Notes: generated by a model from the letters alone, not told the origin. Shown: positions 37,835 to 53,382, counted from the stretch's first letter. The stretch is DNA of 64,000 bases from Selaginella moellendorffii (GCF_000143415.4 NW_003314310.1:1048611-1112610); one strand, 5' to 3'. Numbers and translations are program-made.

Positions 37835-39345
37835 ATGGCAACAACCAAGTACGTTTCGATTCGAGGTGTTCTCTTCTTTTTCTCGTCCTCTCTTGTTTGA
37901 TTGATTGATGCGCTTGATCTTTCTTCTAGCCTATATATCCTGTTTGTTCTTCTAGTAGGATGTGTGCCGCAAACTTTACAGACAAGGAAGAGGAACCGGG
38001 AATCTCTTATTTTGTAAGAGCTTGGTCTTCGCTCGCCAAAGGCAGGGATATACTTTGCGGAATATCATATGATACTTGGCTGCTAGGCCCAAGTTTGGAG
38101 TCATGTCTTCGTCTCGGAAAAGAGCTCCGATCGTATTTTGCGGTGAGCAGATCAAGTTGTTTTTGCTTTTTCGTGGCTTCGGGCGATCGGAAGTCACAGT
38201 GTCGTCGAGTAGCAGACAATGAGTCGGCCTCAAGAGGCTGTTAAACAGGCTTTTCGGTGGAGAGATTCTCCATCTCGCGACGAGGCAAGTTAAAGAGTCT
38301 TGCTTTGTCCGACCTTTCACTTTTTATGTGTGTGAAGTCCGTGAATTTGATCGCATCCTCTAGTTCTTCGTGACAAACAGCTCGGATCTTGCCAGAAAGA
38401 GTAAAAACGAGAAAGAAATGGTCGACGCACTGGACGAGTCCCAAAATGAGGCGTTGGAGAGGCTGCAAAAGCTCTTGGGCGATCGCCAGATTCAAGGGGA
38501 CGTCGATACCCTGGTGAGATTTCTCAAGGCAAGATCGTTTGATGTGTGGAAGGCAAAGGCCATGTACGAGGCCATGCTCCAATGGCGCGCAGAAGTTCGA
38601 GCAGACGCTCTCAAACAGGTAAACTTTTACAAAAGCTTTCCCGAAGTTCTTACTCCTCCGAGTAACTTTGGAAAAAGGAGTTTGATTTCCAAGAGCGTGA
38701 TGCAACGCAAGAGCTCTATCCGCGTTTCTATCACAAGGTGGACAAGTTGGGAAGGCCAATCTACATCGAAAGGCTGGGAAAGCTGCGCTTGGAAGAGCTC
38801 TTTAAAGTGACAAGTATGGAGAGAATGCTGCTGGATCACATCAAAGAGTGGGAGATTTTCGTGGATGTCAGGCTCCCTGCTGCGTCCCGTGACGCCGGCC
38901 GAGCGATCACTCAATCACTCGCGATTCTCGACCTCAAAGGAGTGGTAAAGTTCCTCTTTTTTTTTTTTTTTGCTCGTTTGCTGTAAAAGTTTCCATCTTT
39001 TTTCTTGCCTCGCTCCTCCAGGTGGTAAAGCACGTAAGCAAACAGGTCCGCCAGTTCGTGAGAGCCATCCTCCGGATCGACCAGGATTTTTACCCCGAGT
39101 TCCTGGGAAAGATGGTGATCGTCAACGCGCCGGTTTACTTCAAAGCGCTCTGGAGCATCGTCAAACCGTGGCTCGACAAGCAAACCCAGAAGAAGATCGA
39201 AGTTCACGGAACCAACTACGTGCCCAGGCTGCTGGAGCTCGTCGACGCGGAGAGCTTACCATCGTTTCTAGGCGGCTCCTGCGAGTGTGTCAGCTCTAGA
39301 GGATGCGAGAGCTCGGACGCTGGGCCTTGGCTTGGAAATGTCTGA
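37835..39345 (+). CDS. SEC14/CRAL-TRIO lipid-binding protein; 5' exons uncertain
   Basis: DTLVRFLKARSFDV, YHKVDKLGRPIYIERLG, LAILDLKGV, DQDFYPEFLGKMVIVNAP, LPSFLGGSC. Confidence 0.9.
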
Positions 39346-39489
39346 TATTTACTTCGTTCTAAATCACGGAGTTCTTGGTGCTCGTGACTTATCATGGTTA
39401 TTCGCGCCCTGTTTAAAACCAAACGTGGTTCGTCCACGCAGAACATAGAAGAAAAGATAGTACCTTGAATTTGTCAGCTGTGTTGCTGT

Positions 39490-40956
39490 TTACGTCCGTC
39501 CGAGAGGAGGCTGGAGCTCGTTGATGTATGCTTCGGCTACGGCTGCTTGGAACGCTACTCCCCAGGGGAGCATGTCTTCGTCCATGCGGAAGAGACCGGA
39601 GTGGACGAAATGAGTAGTCCCTTTTGCCTCGCTGTGAATCCCCAGGCCAGTAAACATGCCTGGAATGCGTTCCAAGTAGAACGAGAAGTCTTCGGCAGCC
39701 ATCACCGGCTTGATGTTGCGTACGCAGTGGCTTCCAAAGAGTGACGTTGCGACCCAGGATGCGTGGTCGTGCAATTTATCGTCGTTGATCGTCGCTGGAT
39801 ACATCGGGCGGTCTCCATCGAAGACTACGCGAGCGGTGCATTTGTGAACAGCTGCCTGGCTCTCGATGATCTAAAAAACGCAAGTTTCAGAGCTTGTTTG
39901 TATGTAGAAAAGCTTCTCACAAACCTGCTGGATTCTCTCTTTAAGCTTAGCCATGCCTTCTTTGGAGAAGGAGCGGAACGAGCCTTTAAGAGTCACAGAA
40001 TCTGGAATGACATTGAAGGTATGCCCACCACTTATGCTAGTCACAGAAACAACCTTCGCAAATGTAAAGAAAAAAGAAAAAAGAAAAGAAAAGGAAAAAA
40101 AAAAACAAACAAACAACACTCGAATAAGCGTTGAGATGCTCACCTGATTACCAAGAGGATCCATTTCTCGAGAGACGAGCGGCTGCAAGCTGATCACCGC
40201 AAACGAGGCCGCAACGATGGGATCGGCAGTGTGATCTGGACAACCGGCATGACCACCTCGGCCCTTGATCTCGGCCTCGAAGGCGCGAGATCCGGCTAAG
40301 CACGGTCCTCTCCGGAGCGCGATGATTCCCGTCGGAGCTTCCGGTGCTACGTGCAAGCCAAAGATGGCCTCGGCGTCTCCAAGAGCTCCATCCTGGACCA
40401 TAACTTGAGCGCCAGCTTTGCCTTCTTCAGCTGGCTGGAAGAGAAGAAGCACCGTTCCCTGCGCAAGCGAAACTTTCAAGCACAAAGGAAAAGACTCGAT
40501 CGAGGAGAGCTTACTTTGAGAAGATGGCGCCTTTGCGAGAGAATCCTAGCAGCGCCAAGGAGCATGGCTAGGTGAGCATCGTGTCCACAAGCGTGCATTT
40601 TCCCATCCACTTGGCTCTTGTGCTCCCACTCCACCATCTCCTACTCAAAGAGCCAATGCTTAAAAAAATCTAGTTCTTCCTTTCAGTACCTGGATCGGAA
40701 GACCGTCCATGTCCGCCCTGAGCGCCACAATCGGCCGATCGCCGCTCCCAATGGTCGCCACCACTCCTGTCTTGGCCACTGGCCACCGGTAGGGAATCCC
40801 CATTCCATCCAGCTCCCTGCGAATGAGGGCGCTCGTCTGGTGCTCCTCAAATCCCAGCTCCGGGTTGCGGTGAATGCAGCGCCGGACCGATCTCACCCAC
40901 TCCACCGTGCCTGGATCGTTGGCGGCCTCCAAGATCTCTGCAGCCCAAGCCTCCAT
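39490..40956 (-). CDS. IAA-amino acid hydrolase ILR1-like (M20 amidohydrolase)
   Basis: [53 protein letters not shown]. Confidence 0.95.
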
Positions 40957-41021
40957 AGCTCTAGCTAGATATTTACTCTAGAACTAAGAACCCTACATTT
41001 TTAGAGTGGAAATTAGGGTCT

Positions 41022-41374
41022 ATGGAGGGAATGGAGTCGCGATCTGGCCCGCAGAAGCTCAAAGAGGGATCCGGCGTGATGCGCATTGCGGATTCTATGT
41101 GTTATCCACAGTACACTGCTAGTCTTAAGTGTAAGTGCTGTGATCGACGATTCGAGCTAAGTCATGACGATTCGTCCAGGCCTGGAGAGGAATTCCGATA
41201 AGAATCGATGCAAGGACGTGATCAAGGTCTATAAATCGTGCAAGAAGATAGAGGTAAGACATATTCTTTCTAGATTTCATCGATCTCCACTCGATCAACA
41301 TTATAAACTTTGGGTGCTCTTGGCAGAGAGAACAACGCCTGGAGCGTAATAGACAAAAGGGATGGTTCGACTGA
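41022..41374 (+). CDS. Twin CX9C (CHCH) mitochondrial intermembrane-space protein, COX23/COX19-like; 3 exons (41022-41130, 41180-41253, 41327-41374), missed by the ORF track
   Basis: Spliced: ...DSMCYPQYTASLKCLERNSDKNRCKDVIKVYKSCKKIEREQRLERNRQKGWFD*; canonical GT-AG introns restore the frame. Confidence 0.85.
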
Positions 41375-41395
41375 TACGTTCCTTCTAGATTTCCC

Positions 41396-44300
41396 ATGAA
41401 GCTAGAAGTTTCGCAAGGCTTGTGGGCATCCAACACCTTTGCGCACGATGTCCGAGTGGCGCTTGTTCTGGACAAGCCTGCGACAATCTGGACTGGAGCT
41501 GCCGATGGCAAGATTTTTTTGTGGAGCTTTGATTCACGCTCATCCTCAAAGGTCTGGAACTTCTCATCCAAATTTTCCTCTCATGACTTTTCGGCTCTTG
41601 GCAGGATGAGTGTGGGGAGCACTTTGTTCCAGAGGTGCGGATCTCCATCTCTTTCTTTTTTCGTTTTTGTTTTTGGTGCTTGAACTAAGGATATCTACGC
41701 AGGATGTGCTACCACTGGCGCTACTTTGCGGGCATACTGCTGCTATAGTTGGCTTGCAGGCATGCGACCGGAGCCAGAGCCAGAGTCAAGGTGGAGTTCT
41801 TAGCGTATGTAGCGAGCGGGGAATGTGCGTATGGGATAGCGATACTGGGAAGTGTTTAAGGAGGCGACGGTTGCCTCCATCGATTGCGCAGCCTACATCA
41901 GTTTCTCGTGTTCCTGGTGAGACGAAACACGTCTGCGTTGGTTACAATTCTAGCAGCTCCGGACAGGCAAAAGGTGGCGTCCTTGTTGTCGACACGAGCA
42001 CGCTTAGAGTCACGCAGAACATCTACCATGGGCTCCTTGGACTGAGGGAAATCAACGACTTAGTGGTGGTAGCACGGCAGGACGAGTTTAAGGCTACTGT
42101 TGCGGATTTAGAAGGCAACTTTCAAGTATGGTCCAAGAACAAGTCTGGCCAGGAAGGTGTGGAGGGAGATCTTCATGTAGAAGCAGCTGAAGCAGTCTCA
42201 CTGTCCAATGATGGAAAACTTTTGCTCTTGGTTTCTCCATTGGGATGGATGCTAAGATCGCTTGAAACCTTGTCGATAGTCTATCGGGAAGACGGTACGT
42301 GTTTGGTCGGTGGATACTTTCTGAGGGACGTCGAGAAACATCAATTTCTAGTTTGGGATGGACAGGGATCAGCCACCGTTTACTCCGTGGAGGGAAGCAA
42401 TTCTGTCGCTCGCATTAGTGTCGTGCCAGGTCTCAAAGGAAGTGCAGGCTGCAAGATCACCTTCTGCTCTATCGGCGACATCATAGTTCGTATTGATTAT
42501 AATCAGGAGGCCAGTGTAGCAGTGTGGACTTCCAGTTGGAAAGGTGCTGCTACAGGAAGAGCAAGCTATGGTAGCTCTGGTCGGCTTTGGAAAGGTTTGG
42601 AAACTGCTAACAGCATTACCATCACGTCTTCGCTACTTGTTCCCAGTTATGGGACTCTAGTTCCATCGATCTTCGTGTGTGGATACGCCAACGGGGACTT
42701 TGATCTTATAAAGCTGGAGCCTGGGAGGAAAGAAGTACACGCGAGTGAGAACGGCCCATCGATCCAGTGCCTTGCTGTTCATCAGTCCGAGTCGAGGCAA
42801 GTGTTACTTTCTGGAAGTATGGACGGCTCGGTGTGCTTATGGGATATAGAAGCAGGGAATAGGAGCTTGATAGCAGTTCTTCATCCACACGTTGCTCCTG
42901 TAAGGCAGTTTGTTTTACCTTCACCAGAGTCCTCGCCACCTTGGGATGAGTGCTTCGTCTCCGTGGCCGATGATTCGACCGTGGCATTGTCGTCACTTAC
43001 GAGCTTGAGAACCGAGAGGATATTTCCGGGGCATGCTGGTGTGATACAACAAGTTGTGTGGGACGAGTTCAGAGCTTATCTTGCAGTCCTGTGCACTGCC
43101 GGCGATGGTCAGCTGGTTTTGTACATATGGGACATCCATTCCGGTGCTCGTGAGCGTATACTTCGTGGAGCAGCTGCTCAGTCGATGCTGAAGCACTTTG
43201 CAAGTCGGAAGAGGCGTACCACCGAGCTGCATGGGGACTTCACTTCGGCTTCTTCGCTGCTTCTACCTCTTGACGATGTACATAGTCCGATGGCTTCGCA
43301 AGAAATCACAAGCAGCCAGGTGCAAGGTAGTATGGATCCACACTGCAAGCAACATGCTATCAGAGCAGGATGCCCGTTTCCCGGTATAGCGGCCATCCAC
43401 TTCGACATGACGTCGCTTTTAAGCACTGTTGACGAGAAGCTCTTGAAGCTGAGCCTTTCAGTTCTTCACTTTTGGGGAATTGATGAGGAGCTTGACAAAT
43501 CTGTGGCAAACGAGCTGCAAGTATTCCAACCGAGGCACCATCGTGTTGCTGCAGGTATAGCTGGGAACAGAGGGAGCGTTACACTAATACTTCCAACGAA
43601 AGAAGCAGCTTCTAAGGTTGCCATTCCGTTCCTCATCGCCATACTAACTTTTTTTCCGCAGTTTTGGAGCCGCTCGTCGGTTTTGTTCTCATTGCGAGCT
43701 TTGACGATGGTGTCGCTCGCTCAGCGCTTGCTCACGTTTTCAGCTCCCGGCTCTATGATTTGCAGGTAATAACTCTCCTCTTGTGGTTGAGCTTATGATA
43801 CGAGTGTTTGGCCAGTGCTCTAGCTGCTTTCTACACGGCTGGAGCTGTTGAGAAACTTGGTGATGCTTGTCTGGAGGTGAGAAGAGCAAAGTTGTCCATG
43901 TGATCTTCTAAACTGAGTTTCACGTGCAGATATTTTCATGTTTCTGGCAAGATCCTGCTGAGCATGTCCGACTGGCTGCCCGTCTCTTATTCCATTCTGC
44001 AGCATCCACAGCGGTGCCAGACATTTTACAGAATGATAACGGCTCCTCGTTCGATGATCTTCTCGAGTGGCTAGAATCGTCAGGAGGACAGGAAACATGG
44101 CTTGGCCTCACAGGTGGCTCGGACCAGGATGGTAGAGCTTGCAGAATCATCATGTGTGGAGCATTGGCAATCTGGCACAAGTCCTTGGTGCGGCATGACT
44201 TGTCGAGCTCCACCGCTCCCTTACTGCTCAAGCTAGTGCGAACAAGTGATAGGCACAGTGCTACAGCAGCGGAGGTTTTGTGTGCTGGGATGGCGAGCAC

Positions 44301-45472
44301 TTGGCAGCCACTTATACAGTCAGAGGAAGTGTCCCAGCTCACCTCGGACGTGCTCTTTCTCATCCAATGCATTGGCGGTGACGGGGATCACGGTGGTCAC
44401 TTTGCTACTACGGAACACCACCGAGCGCTCTTGTCAGCTCTTGCGCTCGCGGACATGCACGCTTTCTTGATTGCTCTGGAAAGAGTAGCATCGACGAAAT
44501 CTTCTTCGAGCGTTTTACTGGGACTCACGTCGCTAGTTCAAGTTATACGTACGTCTCCGTCGACTGTCATTGCGTGTCTTGGACGGGTCAGTTTTTCTTT
44601 ATCTTTATCTTTTTTTTTTTGCTATAGCTCGTGACTATTCTGTGCTAGCAGATTGTTTCGCTGGCTGTTCGTCTATTGGATCCTGCGGATTCGCTGCAAA
44701 GACGGCACAACTTTCCTATTATCATGGAAGTGATCAAGGAGATGTCTCAAGCTTTTCCTATGGTTGCTCTTTACCATCCGGTTGCTCAATCAGCAGCTGG
44801 CAAACTTGCAGTTGGTGATCCAGTGGGTGACATCCGGTCGCTTAGGATTCATGTATATGACCTTTACAGGTAATGTTTTTCTTTTGTAGCATGTTTTTTT
44901 ATGTTTTTTCTTTCTTTTGTCAGTGCGAGTATTATGAAGGTTCTTGATGCCAGTGGACCTCCCGGACATCCAGCATTGTCTCCCAGTGCTAAAAGCTCCA
45001 CTCGGACGCTAGGAATTACCGCTCTGAGCTTCTCGAATGATGGCGAGGTATTTTAGCTTGAGCTGGATAAAAAACTCTAATCGCTCGTTTGCATGCTCCA
45101 GGGTCTTGTAGCTTTCTCACATCAAGGATTGATACTTCGATGGTGGTCGGTTGGCGCTGCTTGGTGGGACAAACTGAGCCGCTCCACCGTGCCCGTCCAG
45201 TGCACAAAGCTAGTTCTCTTACCACCCTCGCCAGGATTCTCCCCAAAATCATCCAGCAGTAGCATTATCGGAAATTTGAGTGGATCGAAGAATCTCGAGG
45301 AAGTGGTAATCTTCGCGCCTTGTTGCTTTTGTCAATCTTATCTTGTGCTTTGCAGGAGGAAGAAAGCGAAAGCGAGGAGACGATTGATTTGTCCTTTCGC
45401 TTGCATTGGAAGTCGGACCGAATTGTAATTCTCAGCCGCGGCAACCACCAAGTCGGGGTGTTTCAGCTGTGA
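41396..45472 (+). CDS. Large WD40-repeat protein, WDR7/WDR72-like
   Basis: IWTGAADGKIFLW, LLCGHTAAI, CVWDSDTGKC, LLSGSMDGSVCLWD, FWQDPAEHVRLAAR. Confidence 0.88.
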
Positions 45473-45634
45473 CCATCTTTTACAGCCACAAATATCTTTT
45501 ATTCACGTTAAAGTCTAGACTATCGAACCAGCAAATAAGGTACTCTTGCGTTTCTAAATAAAGGTCTCTCTAAACCTTTCGTGTCGTCGTAGAACATATC
45601 AACACTCGCCACAAGCTCCAAAATCAAAATGGAA

Positions 45635-47913
45635 CTATCGTGGCCCCAAGGTGGAAATCTGGGGGGATTCATTGGAAGCTCCCGAGGAGATCCTGGTGGA
45701 GTCATTGGATCGCATGGCTGTGTAGGAGAGTGAAGATGATCGGCTCAAGTTCTCTGGAACGTGAGCGTTTGAGTACCCCGCCAGCACCGCGACGACGTGA
45801 GGCATAGACGGCCGCGCCTGAGGCAAGTCTTGAGTACACATGAGCGCCAGTGTCACCAGCTGCAGCGCCTGGCTGTTGGAAACTTCGTTCTCCAGTTTCG
45901 GGTCCACAAAGCCGCCAAATAGTCCTCCTGTGTCAGCGTGAAGCTGCCATGCCTGGAAAACAATTCCGCGAGCCTTACAAATCTAAATACAAACACTAAT
46001 TTTTTCAAGTACCTCGTCCACCAGTGATCTGTCTCGGTTTCTTTTGCCACTCACGGTTTCCAGAATGACGATTCCATAGCTGTAAACATCGATCTTGTCG
46101 CTCAGCTGACCATTGAGTGCGTACTCTGGCGCCATGTAGCCACTGCAAGATCATCGAAAGCATGTTGTAAAACATCAAGTACTATGGAACTTACTATGTT
46201 CCTGCAGCTTTGGTGGTTAGAACCTCCAGCTGATGGGACGATTCGAACAGCCTTGCCAATCCAAAGTCGGCTATCTTGGCCTCGTAGAACTCATCCAGGA
46301 GAATGTTGCTCGGTTTGATGTCCCTGTGTACTATTCGTATTTGTGAGTCTTCGTGGAGATATGCTAAACCACGAGCAGTTCCCAAGAGAATGTTATGGCG
46401 AGTTTCCCAGGACAGGGGCTTCTCTACAGGGCCTGAGACACGGCCAGCCAGCTTCAATACAATCTGTAGAAGTATAAAGAGATCAAACTTACCGAACAAA
46501 GCGTTTTCCAAACTGTTGTTCTTGAGGAGCTCATAGACGAGAAGCCTTTCTGTGCCTTCCGTAGAACATCCAAGCAGCCTTACCAAGTTCCGATGCTGCA
46601 CGTTGCTGATTGCCTTGACTTCGTTCAGAAACTGAAGCTCACCGTGCTTGGAGGTGACGGTGAGCTTTTTGATCGCCACTTCGGATCCATCTGGAAGATA
46701 TCCCTGTTCAGGAAGAGATCCATGAGTTTTCACTGCTGCAAAAACAATAAAAACTTAACCTTGTAAACAGCACCAAAGCCACCTTCACCGAGCTTGTGGC
46801 TTTCGTCGAAGTTTGCAGTGGACGATTTCAGCATCCGATATGGGAACGTAACTGGCCCGCGATGCAAGGTACTTTGTAAGTCATTGGCTATCGCAGAAAT
46901 GAAAATTCGTAAGTGCTTCCAAACAAGCTGGCTTTAAATGAATTTACCAAATTTACCATTTTTTCGCCACCTCCAATTCATACCAAGAGCTATACCAGCA
47001 ACTAGCAGCACTGCGGCGATTACTCCCACGATTATGCCTACATTTCTTGCTTTGTTGCTACCTTCAGAAAGACAACAAGGTTTAAAAATATAACAAACAA
47101 TAAGAATGAAGAACAATCACCTCCGCCAGAAGTGGAAACCGCGGTACTGCTGCTTGCGTTGACGGGAACTCCACCAAAAAACTTGAAACTCTCGTACTGC
47201 ATATTGCATTCAGCCAGGTAGCAAGCTCCTCCATCTCTGCCATTGCAAGTATTGGACAATGAGCTTCTGGCTTTCTCCAAGCAGGTCGCGCAGTCAGAAG
47301 TGCTCAGATCACGAACACATTGTCCCAGAACGTACGCGCTGTTGTCGGGAGAAGTTCCAGCAACAGCTATCATGAAGCCACCAGCACTACCTGGAATACG
47401 GTCTCTCAGAAACGCAAAACCGGTGTCTGTGTTCGAACGGTACTGGCTGGAGTTACTGATGCCGGACGAGCAGTTCACCAGAGCCGAGTCGATTCCAGAG
47501 TAATTCGAAAAGAAGTAGTGATCTTCGTAGCGTAGAAAACACGTCTCTTCCTGCACCCGTCCCCCCTTTGTAGAATTTCTGACGCAGGATCCATTGAGAG
47601 AGTTGATGGCAGTCGAAGCGCAGGCATTGCAGTCGCTGGAGGAAATGTCTCCACGGCATTGTAGGAGGCCAAACACTGTGTCAACTGTAGAGCCATTCTT
47701 GTTGCTGTTTATGATCACCGTCTTGTAATCCGTGGTGTTTGCCAGAGAACCAAAAGCCTGGATGATATTCCTGCGATACTGCTGGCTAGTAAACGTGTAG
47801 AGATCTGAGCATCGTGTGGAATTCTTTGATGTCAGCAGCTGGCCGCTAGCAATTCTGTACGTTGGAATAAAGAGGAGGATGCACAGCTTCACAATAACCA
47901 AGAGCCTAGCCAT
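45635..47913 (-). CDS. Cysteine-rich receptor-like kinase (signal peptide, 2x DUF26, TM, kinase)
   Basis: Two C-x8-C-x2-C motifs ([28 protein letters not shown]); [34 protein letters not shown]. Confidence 0.95.
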
Positions 47914-48087
47914 TGCATTGCTCGAGCTCCGCTTCTCATTTCATTGCCGTGTCAAAAGACTTACTTGACCGCATGCTTCTACTGATGGGTCCACCGATGC
48001 TGAAGAAGTCCACAGAACATAGTTGGCTCATGTCATTATGCAATCTGGATTGTAGTGGCAAGAATCATGAACCAAGAATTCTAAAGA

Positions 48088-49726
<1,639 letters not shown>

Positions 49727-50743
49727 AAGCCCTAAATGTAGCTTATTGTTTTAATTTTAAAATAAAATTGACAATGTAAATCAAATCTCTTACTTAAGAA
49801 GGTTTTTAGTTTTCTTAAGCAAACCTGTAAAGAGAGTGAGTGAATATACTTAAAATATGCTTGGATATTCTAGAATTTTCTATTATTTAATGGTTGTTAT
49901 TCATTTAGATTAATTTTGTATTTATAATTTATAAACTTTTCTAAACACTTTCCAGTATATTCTAGTTTATTCTACCATCTAATGGTTGATATTCAATATA
50001 ATTAATCTTGTGTTTATAAATTATAAACATGTTTATAACTATAAATTTCCATTGCATTAATAAATAGAAATAATACTATTATTAAGTAAGCCCAAGTGTT
50101 GTTTCATGTAATGCATAGCAAATTATTAATTTTTTTTAAAACATTATCAATAATTTATATAAAATATTTGAGAAATACATTAAGTTCAAGATATCAGAAT
50201 AAGTATGTAATTGGGGTTTAGACCCTTTCTTATTTATAAAAATGGATGGACCAAATTGGGTGTCTATTATGGGATTAAATACATAAAGCACTTGGATCAA
50301 ATGTGAAAATTAAATAACATAGATGCCATTCATAGGGCTAATATGTTCTTTAATAGACAAAAGTGCAAGCCTGACAAGAGAGATTTGATGCCAGTAAATT
50401 TATGAAAGTTGTGAGTGAGACTTCTCTAAGTAGTTAAAGGTGTGGTTAAATAACTAAAGTATAATGGAAAATTTAACTGCTTACATAAAGGCTAGTATGA
50501 CTAAAGAAGGTTAAACCCACATGATAAGTGATAATATAATTACTGAGGAGCCCAAAGCTGAAGTAAACATGGATGGACAAATAGGGTGACTTGATTAAAT
50601 GTTCAAAAGTCGGCTATAACTCCCTTGGGAAATTAAATAGACATAAATGGACAAATATAGTAATTTATTGAAGTGTTCAAAAGCTAGATTTAACTTCCTT
50701 AGGAAATGGAATAATTGATGCTCCCAATCTAAGTGTGAGTAAC

Positions 50744-50905
50744 TGTAATGCATGTGATCATGGAATGAAATTTGGATATACTGTCATTATGGATCTTTGG
50801 AACCTTGAGGGATAAATAGGGATAAAATAGTCACTAAGGGCTCTTTCATTAAACAATTGCCTCTTTTCCAGTTGGTTTAAAGGGAGAGAGATAAAGTGCG
50901 TTACA
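50744..50905 (+). mobile_element. Degenerate LTR (TGTAAT...GTTACA) followed by a decayed Met-PBS; second copy at ~51969-52124
   Basis: Direct repeat visible between the two positions; TGGTATTAAAG follows the first copy. Confidence 0.55.
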
Positions 50906-51021
50906 TGTGGTATTAAAGTAAATAATGGGTTTGATTCCCATTGATTATTGGCTACTTAAAAAATATAATATACATTTGAGTAAGGTATATTCCTACTCCT
51001 AAATTTGAAATTATACATATT

Positions 51022-51745
51022 TGTAAGCAATTAAAGAGAACAACTTGAGAGACGATCCATGGGGTTCAAATATAAAAGGAAAGGGCCCATGAACAAGAGT
51101 GCACCCCTTTTTCCAATCGGTTAAGATATTTGGGGTTAAGCATCCTTGGGTTTGAATAATACTAGGTTTGGTGACCTCCCGAGAAGTTCAAACTCAGGAG
51201 TTTACATTTGGTATCAGAGAGGGGTCTCAGGTTTGACTTTGTTAGTTGGCTTAGGGGAATCGCACCACATGTTGATTGATATTTGGGAAGTCTAGTTTGC
51301 TTCAGTTGGGCTCGACCTGAGAGGTAGGGTGTCAAGAGAGCGGGGCTCTCAAAAGAGCTACGGCTCTTAACTTCTGTTCACGAGGGTGTGAACTTGCAGG
51401 GAAGCGTGGTAGATTGTAAGCAACCAAAGAAAAAAACTTGAGAGATAATCCATGAGATTTAAATATAAAGGGAAATGGCCTATGAACAAAAGTGCACTCC
51501 TTTTTCCAATCGGTTAAGGGTTTTAGGATATTTGGGGTTTAAGTGTCCTTGGGTTTGAATAATACTAAGCTGGGTGACCTCCCGGGAAGTCCAAACTCAG
51601 GAGCTTACATTTGGTATTAGAAAGGGGTCTCGGGTCTGACTTTGTTGGTTGGCTTAGAGGAATTACACCACATATTGATTGACATCTAGTAAGTCCAATT
51701 TGCTTTGGCTGGGCTCAACTCGAAGAGTAGGGTGTCAAAAGAGTG
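51022..51745 (+). mobile_element. Cassandra-type TRIM in tandem arrangement: LTR 51022-51206, PBS, ~210-bp internal region, PPT, LTR 51415-51609, second PBS and partial internal region
   Basis: TGTAAG...TTACA LTRs, TGGTATCAGAG (tRNA-iMet PBS) at 51209, no coding capacity, 5S rRNA-like core in both LTRs. Confidence 0.88.
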
Positions 51746-53382
51746 GCAATATTGGGCATCCATATATACATTCTTCCTTTTATGTGGAGTATCCACAGAC
51801 AAAGGTAAAATAGTTGATCTACACAATAGAAAGATTGGTAGATTCTATGTGGAAATAGAGGTGTTGGATGACTAGTTGCCTCACATGGAATAATTGGTTT
51901 ACACAATGAAATGATTGGTAAATTTAGTGCAGAAATGGAGTCAATAAGGATATTGACATATTTGAAAGCGCATGTGATCATAGGATGAGATTTAGATAAA
52001 TTGTCACCATGGATCCTTGGAACCTTGGGGATAAATGGGGATAAAATAGCCACTAAAGGCTCTTTTATCAAGTAATTACCCATTTTCTAATTGGTTTAAG
52101 GGGAGAAAGATAAAGTATGCTACAGTAACACTACCTATTTGAATACTTTATATAGCTTATCGAAACCTTGCTCTAACCACATGGTTGAGGCACCTTAGAG
52201 GTAGAAGTAAAGGGGAATACTTACAAGGCTTGAGTTGGGTTATAGTGTTTTAAAATATCATCTTAAGTAGAAAGGTAGAGGAATAATCCTCTTGCTTAGT
52301 GATAAAAAATATGGTCACGTGATGAAGAAGTTTTAAAAGCTAATAAAATTTAATGATCACGCCTTTAAGGCCTTATTCAATTGCAATGTTAGTAAATATT
52401 GTTGTGGACGAAAAGAGACTTGGTAGGGATAAAAGGAGGGATATTAGGGGAGGCATCTTAAAGATTTTAAGATGTAATAATAGGATGACCACTTTTAGAT
52501 GGATGGCCTAATTTTGGAGAGATGAGACTATAGTGCAAATGTCTTAGGCTACCAATGAAATAAAGGCAAATTGACATAGCCTTAGCTAAACAAATTAAGA
52601 TATCAATAATACTTTTATGTGTTTAAAGTGGGATTGAACACATAAAACATTTAGACTAAGTGAGATTACATCTGTGAGATAACAAGTACCCCAAGATGGA
52701 TAAGGTTGTGAATGAGACCTTCCAAGTGGTCAAGGGCATAGTTAAATGACTAAAGTACAATAGAAAATTTAATCACTTATATATTTATATACTATAATAT
52801 GATAATGAATATATTATCTAGATAGGGTAATATATATATGTATTTAGAAACTTTACACTATCCTCCCTCTAAATATAATTATGTAAAAGCTTTTGTGTAT
52901 ATATAAGGAATAGAACCAGAAAAAATTCTAAAAAGCTAAATTTATTATTACCCAAAGAGATTTATATAACTTCATCTTATATTTTAAATTAAATTTTTAG
53001 TTATTTATTTACTAGATACTGAAAAAAGGGATAGAATTAAATTCCCAAGTGTGTAGTCAAAGAACAACCCCAAAACATCCAAATCCCAACATCAAAACCA
53101 TTATGTAAAATAGAGCCAGAATCTAGTATTATTTCAATATACTAGTCACTTAGCATGAGAATATAGGTAATCCACTACAAAATAAATGTAAAATGAATAA
53201 TAATTTGTTGTCTGATGCATGTAGCAATGTTTAGTTTGCTTAAAAGTAGTGTTATTCCTATTTATTAATCTAAATGATCAAATGGAAATTTATAATTATA
53301 AACATTTTTATATTTTATATACACAAGATTAATCTTATTGAATGTCAACCATTAAATGGTCAAATAAACTAGAATATACTAG

